Source: Escherichia coli
GTDB lineage: Bacteria > Pseudomonadota > Gammaproteobacteria > Enterobacterales > Enterobacteriaceae
Assembly (NCBI RefSeq): GCF_003334765.1
Contig: NZ_QOWT01000087.1
DNA length: 1,053 nucleotides
Reading direction: 5' to 3' (one strand)
In this document: one piece after another, positions 1 to 1,053 of the stretch
How the letters are laid out: the number at the start of each line of letters is the position of its first letter
Position numbering within the stretch: position 1 is the stretch's first letter
Notes under the pieces: model-generated
What the model saw: only the letters and a program-made list of their open reading frames with translations
Told to the model about the DNA's origin: nothing
Database searches by the model: none
Program-made: the position numbers and the translations under genes

Positions 1-365
1 GAGGTATAAATGCGGGTAACCACGCCCTGGCGAATGTGTTCTACCAGCGGCGCATGGCAATCACTCAGGGAGCTGGAGGCCAGGGTCAGGTTTTTAAAGC
101 CCATCTTCGCGATGACGTCCATCACCATATTGACGGTCAGGTCACCGCCACGGAAAGCGTGATGGAAGGAAACCGTCATGCCGTCCTGTAAACCAGAGCG
201 ACGAATCGCTTCTTCCAGGTTGGCGCACAGTTTGCGATCGCGCGCTTTTTCAGCCTGGTAGGTTTGCTTTGGCGAGTTCTGGAAAGCGGCAAGATCGCAT
301 TCAGCGCGACGATTCCAGGCCGCTACCCGTTCTTGTCGTTGAGATTGTTCAATTTTCTGCGTCAT
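1..365 (-). CDS. citF: Citrate lyase alpha subunit (citrate CoA-transferase), 3'-truncated by the window edge: N-terminal 121 codons starting at ATG 365-363
   Basis: Reverse complement of 1-365 starts with ATG and reads MTQKIEQSQRQERVAAWNRRAECDLAAFQNSPKQTYQAEKARDRKLCANLEEAIRRSGLQDGMTVSFHHAFRGGDLTVNMVMDVIAKMGFKNLTLASSSLSDCHAPLVEHIRQGVVTRIYT with no stop. I recognise this as the N-terminus of E. coli CitF (recall). It is absent from the supplied ORF track, presumably because no stop codon falls inside the window. Its position immediately downstream of citE matches the known citE-citF gene order. Confidence 0.93.
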   Translation of the reverse strand, partial: MTQKIEQSQRQERVAAWNRRAECDLAAFQNSPKQTYQAEKARDRKLCANLEEAIRRSGLQDGMTVSFHHAFRGGDLTVNMVMDVIAKMGFKNLTLASSSLSDCHAPLVEHIRQGVVTRIYT

Positions 366-373
366 TTTGATTG

Positions 374-377
374 CCTT
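374..377 (-). promoter_or_regulatory. Shine-Dalgarno-like AAGG for citF, overlapping the citE TAA stop; 8-nt spacer to the citF ATG
   Basis: The minus strand reads gaa-TAA-GGcaatcaaa-ATG, where TAA is the citE stop and ATG the citF start. The AAGG occupies 377-374 (two bases shared with the stop codon), with 8 nt between the GG and the ATG. The motif is short and weak, so this call is tentative. Confidence 0.45.
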
Positions 378-1053
378 ATTCTTCGCGGATGCCGGAAAGT
401 TCTGCACGGGAGAGCACCAGACGGGCGCGATCGATAACCGGACCGTCCACCATCTTGCCGTTCAGGGAAACCACGCCGAGGCCTTCGCGAGCGGCGGCTT
501 CAGCGGCTTCTACGACGCGGCGGGCGTGATCCACTTCTTTCTGGGTCGGTGCGTAGAGGTTGTGCAGCAGATCAATCTGACGCGGGTTGATCAGCGATTT
601 GCCGTCAAAGCCCAGCTGTTTGATGTGGGCGGCTTCTTGCAGAAATCCGGCTTCGTTGTTAGCGTCGGAATAGACGGTATCGAACGCCTGAATACCCGCA
701 GAGCGCGCGGCCTGCAAAATGGAACAGCGTGCGAACAGCAGTTCAGTTCCTTCCGGGGAGCGTTCTGTACGCAGGTTGCGCACATAGTCTTCTGCACCGA
801 GGGCGATACCGATCAAACGCTCGGAAGCGTGAGCGATTTCCACTGCGCGGGTAATACCCAGCGGGGATTCAATCGCTGCCAGCAGGCCGGTGCTGCCGGG
901 TTCACGACCACAGGCTTTTTCGATGCGCAGGATCTCTTTTTCGATATCCAGAACATCCTGAGCGGTATCGGTTTTCGGCAGACGCACAACGTCCGCACCA
1001 CCGCGAACGACGGCTTCCAGGTCGTTAACACCCCATTCGGAATCCAGCGCGTT
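376..1053 (-). CDS. citE: Citrate lyase beta subunit (citryl-CoA lyase; HpcH/HpaI/CitE family), 5'-truncated by the window edge: C-terminal 225 aa plus TAA stop at 376-378
   Basis: The minus-strand frame is open from 1053 to the TAA at 376-378. The track ORF 376..987 translates as [72 protein letters not shown]...[12 protein letters not shown], which I recognise as the C-terminal part of E. coli CitE (recall, not a search). The same frame continues upstream of 987 without a stop: reverse complement of 988-1053 reads [22 protein letters not shown], so the true start lies beyond position 1053. Family motifs AAIESPLG and ALGAEDY are present. Confidence 0.95.
   Translation of the reverse strand, partial: NALDSEWGVNDLEAVVRGGADVVRLPKTDTAQDVLDIEKEILRIEKACGREPGSTGLLAAIESPLGITRAVEIAHASERLIGIALGAEDYVRNLRTERSPEGTELLFARCSILQAARSAGIQAFDTVYSDANNEAGFLQEAAHIKQLGFDGKSLINPRQIDLLHNLYAPTQKEVDHARRVVEAAEAAAREGLGVVSLNGKMVDGPVIDRARLVLSRAELSGIREE

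Noticed and set aside
233-251. Palindrome GCGATCGC followed by GCGC and a T-run (gcgatcgcgcgcttttt) on the plus strand, superficially like an intrinsic terminator
   Set aside because: It sits inside the citF coding region and on the minus strand simply encodes ...KARDRK.... The possible stem is only 3-4 bp with essentially no loop, and it lies on the strand antisense to the only genes present. It is most likely coincidental.
591-797. 68-aa minus-strand ORF from the supplied track ([68 protein letters not shown])
   Set aside because: It lies entirely inside citE in a different frame on the same strand. Its composition is low-complexity and Cys/Pro/Arg-rich, as expected for an off-frame read of GC-rich coding sequence, and it has no recognisable domain. 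It is an alternative-frame artefact.
813-1031. 72-aa minus-strand ORF from the supplied track ([72 protein letters not shown])
   Set aside because: It lies entirely within the citE coding region in a shifted frame and has no recognisable protein features. The well-supported CitE frame accounts for this sequence.
1-1053. Possibility that the window hides a novel defence or otherwise undescribed system
   Set aside because: Two recognisable citrate lyase genes account for every base apart from a 10-nt junction. There are no repeats, no unexplained ORFs on either strand, and no intergenic space large enough to hold a small RNA or regulatory element.

Overview
This window is an internal slice of a well-characterised enterobacterial citrate lyase operon (citCDEFXG type), with both genes on the minus strand and both truncated by the window edges. 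Positions 376..1053 encode the C-terminal 225 aa of the citrate lyase beta subunit CitE (citryl-CoA lyase), ending at a TAA stop (376-378). Ten nucleotides downstream, an ATG at 365-363 opens citF (citrate lyase alpha subunit, citrate CoA-transferase), whose first 121 codons run off the window at position 1. I recognise both translations from memory as essentially the Escherichia coli CitE and CitF proteins; no search was run. The two shorter ORFs in the supplied track are alternative-frame artefacts inside citE. I see no RNA genes, mobile elements, CRISPR repeats, or anything suggesting a novel or undescribed system; this is ordinary, conserved metabolic operon sequence.
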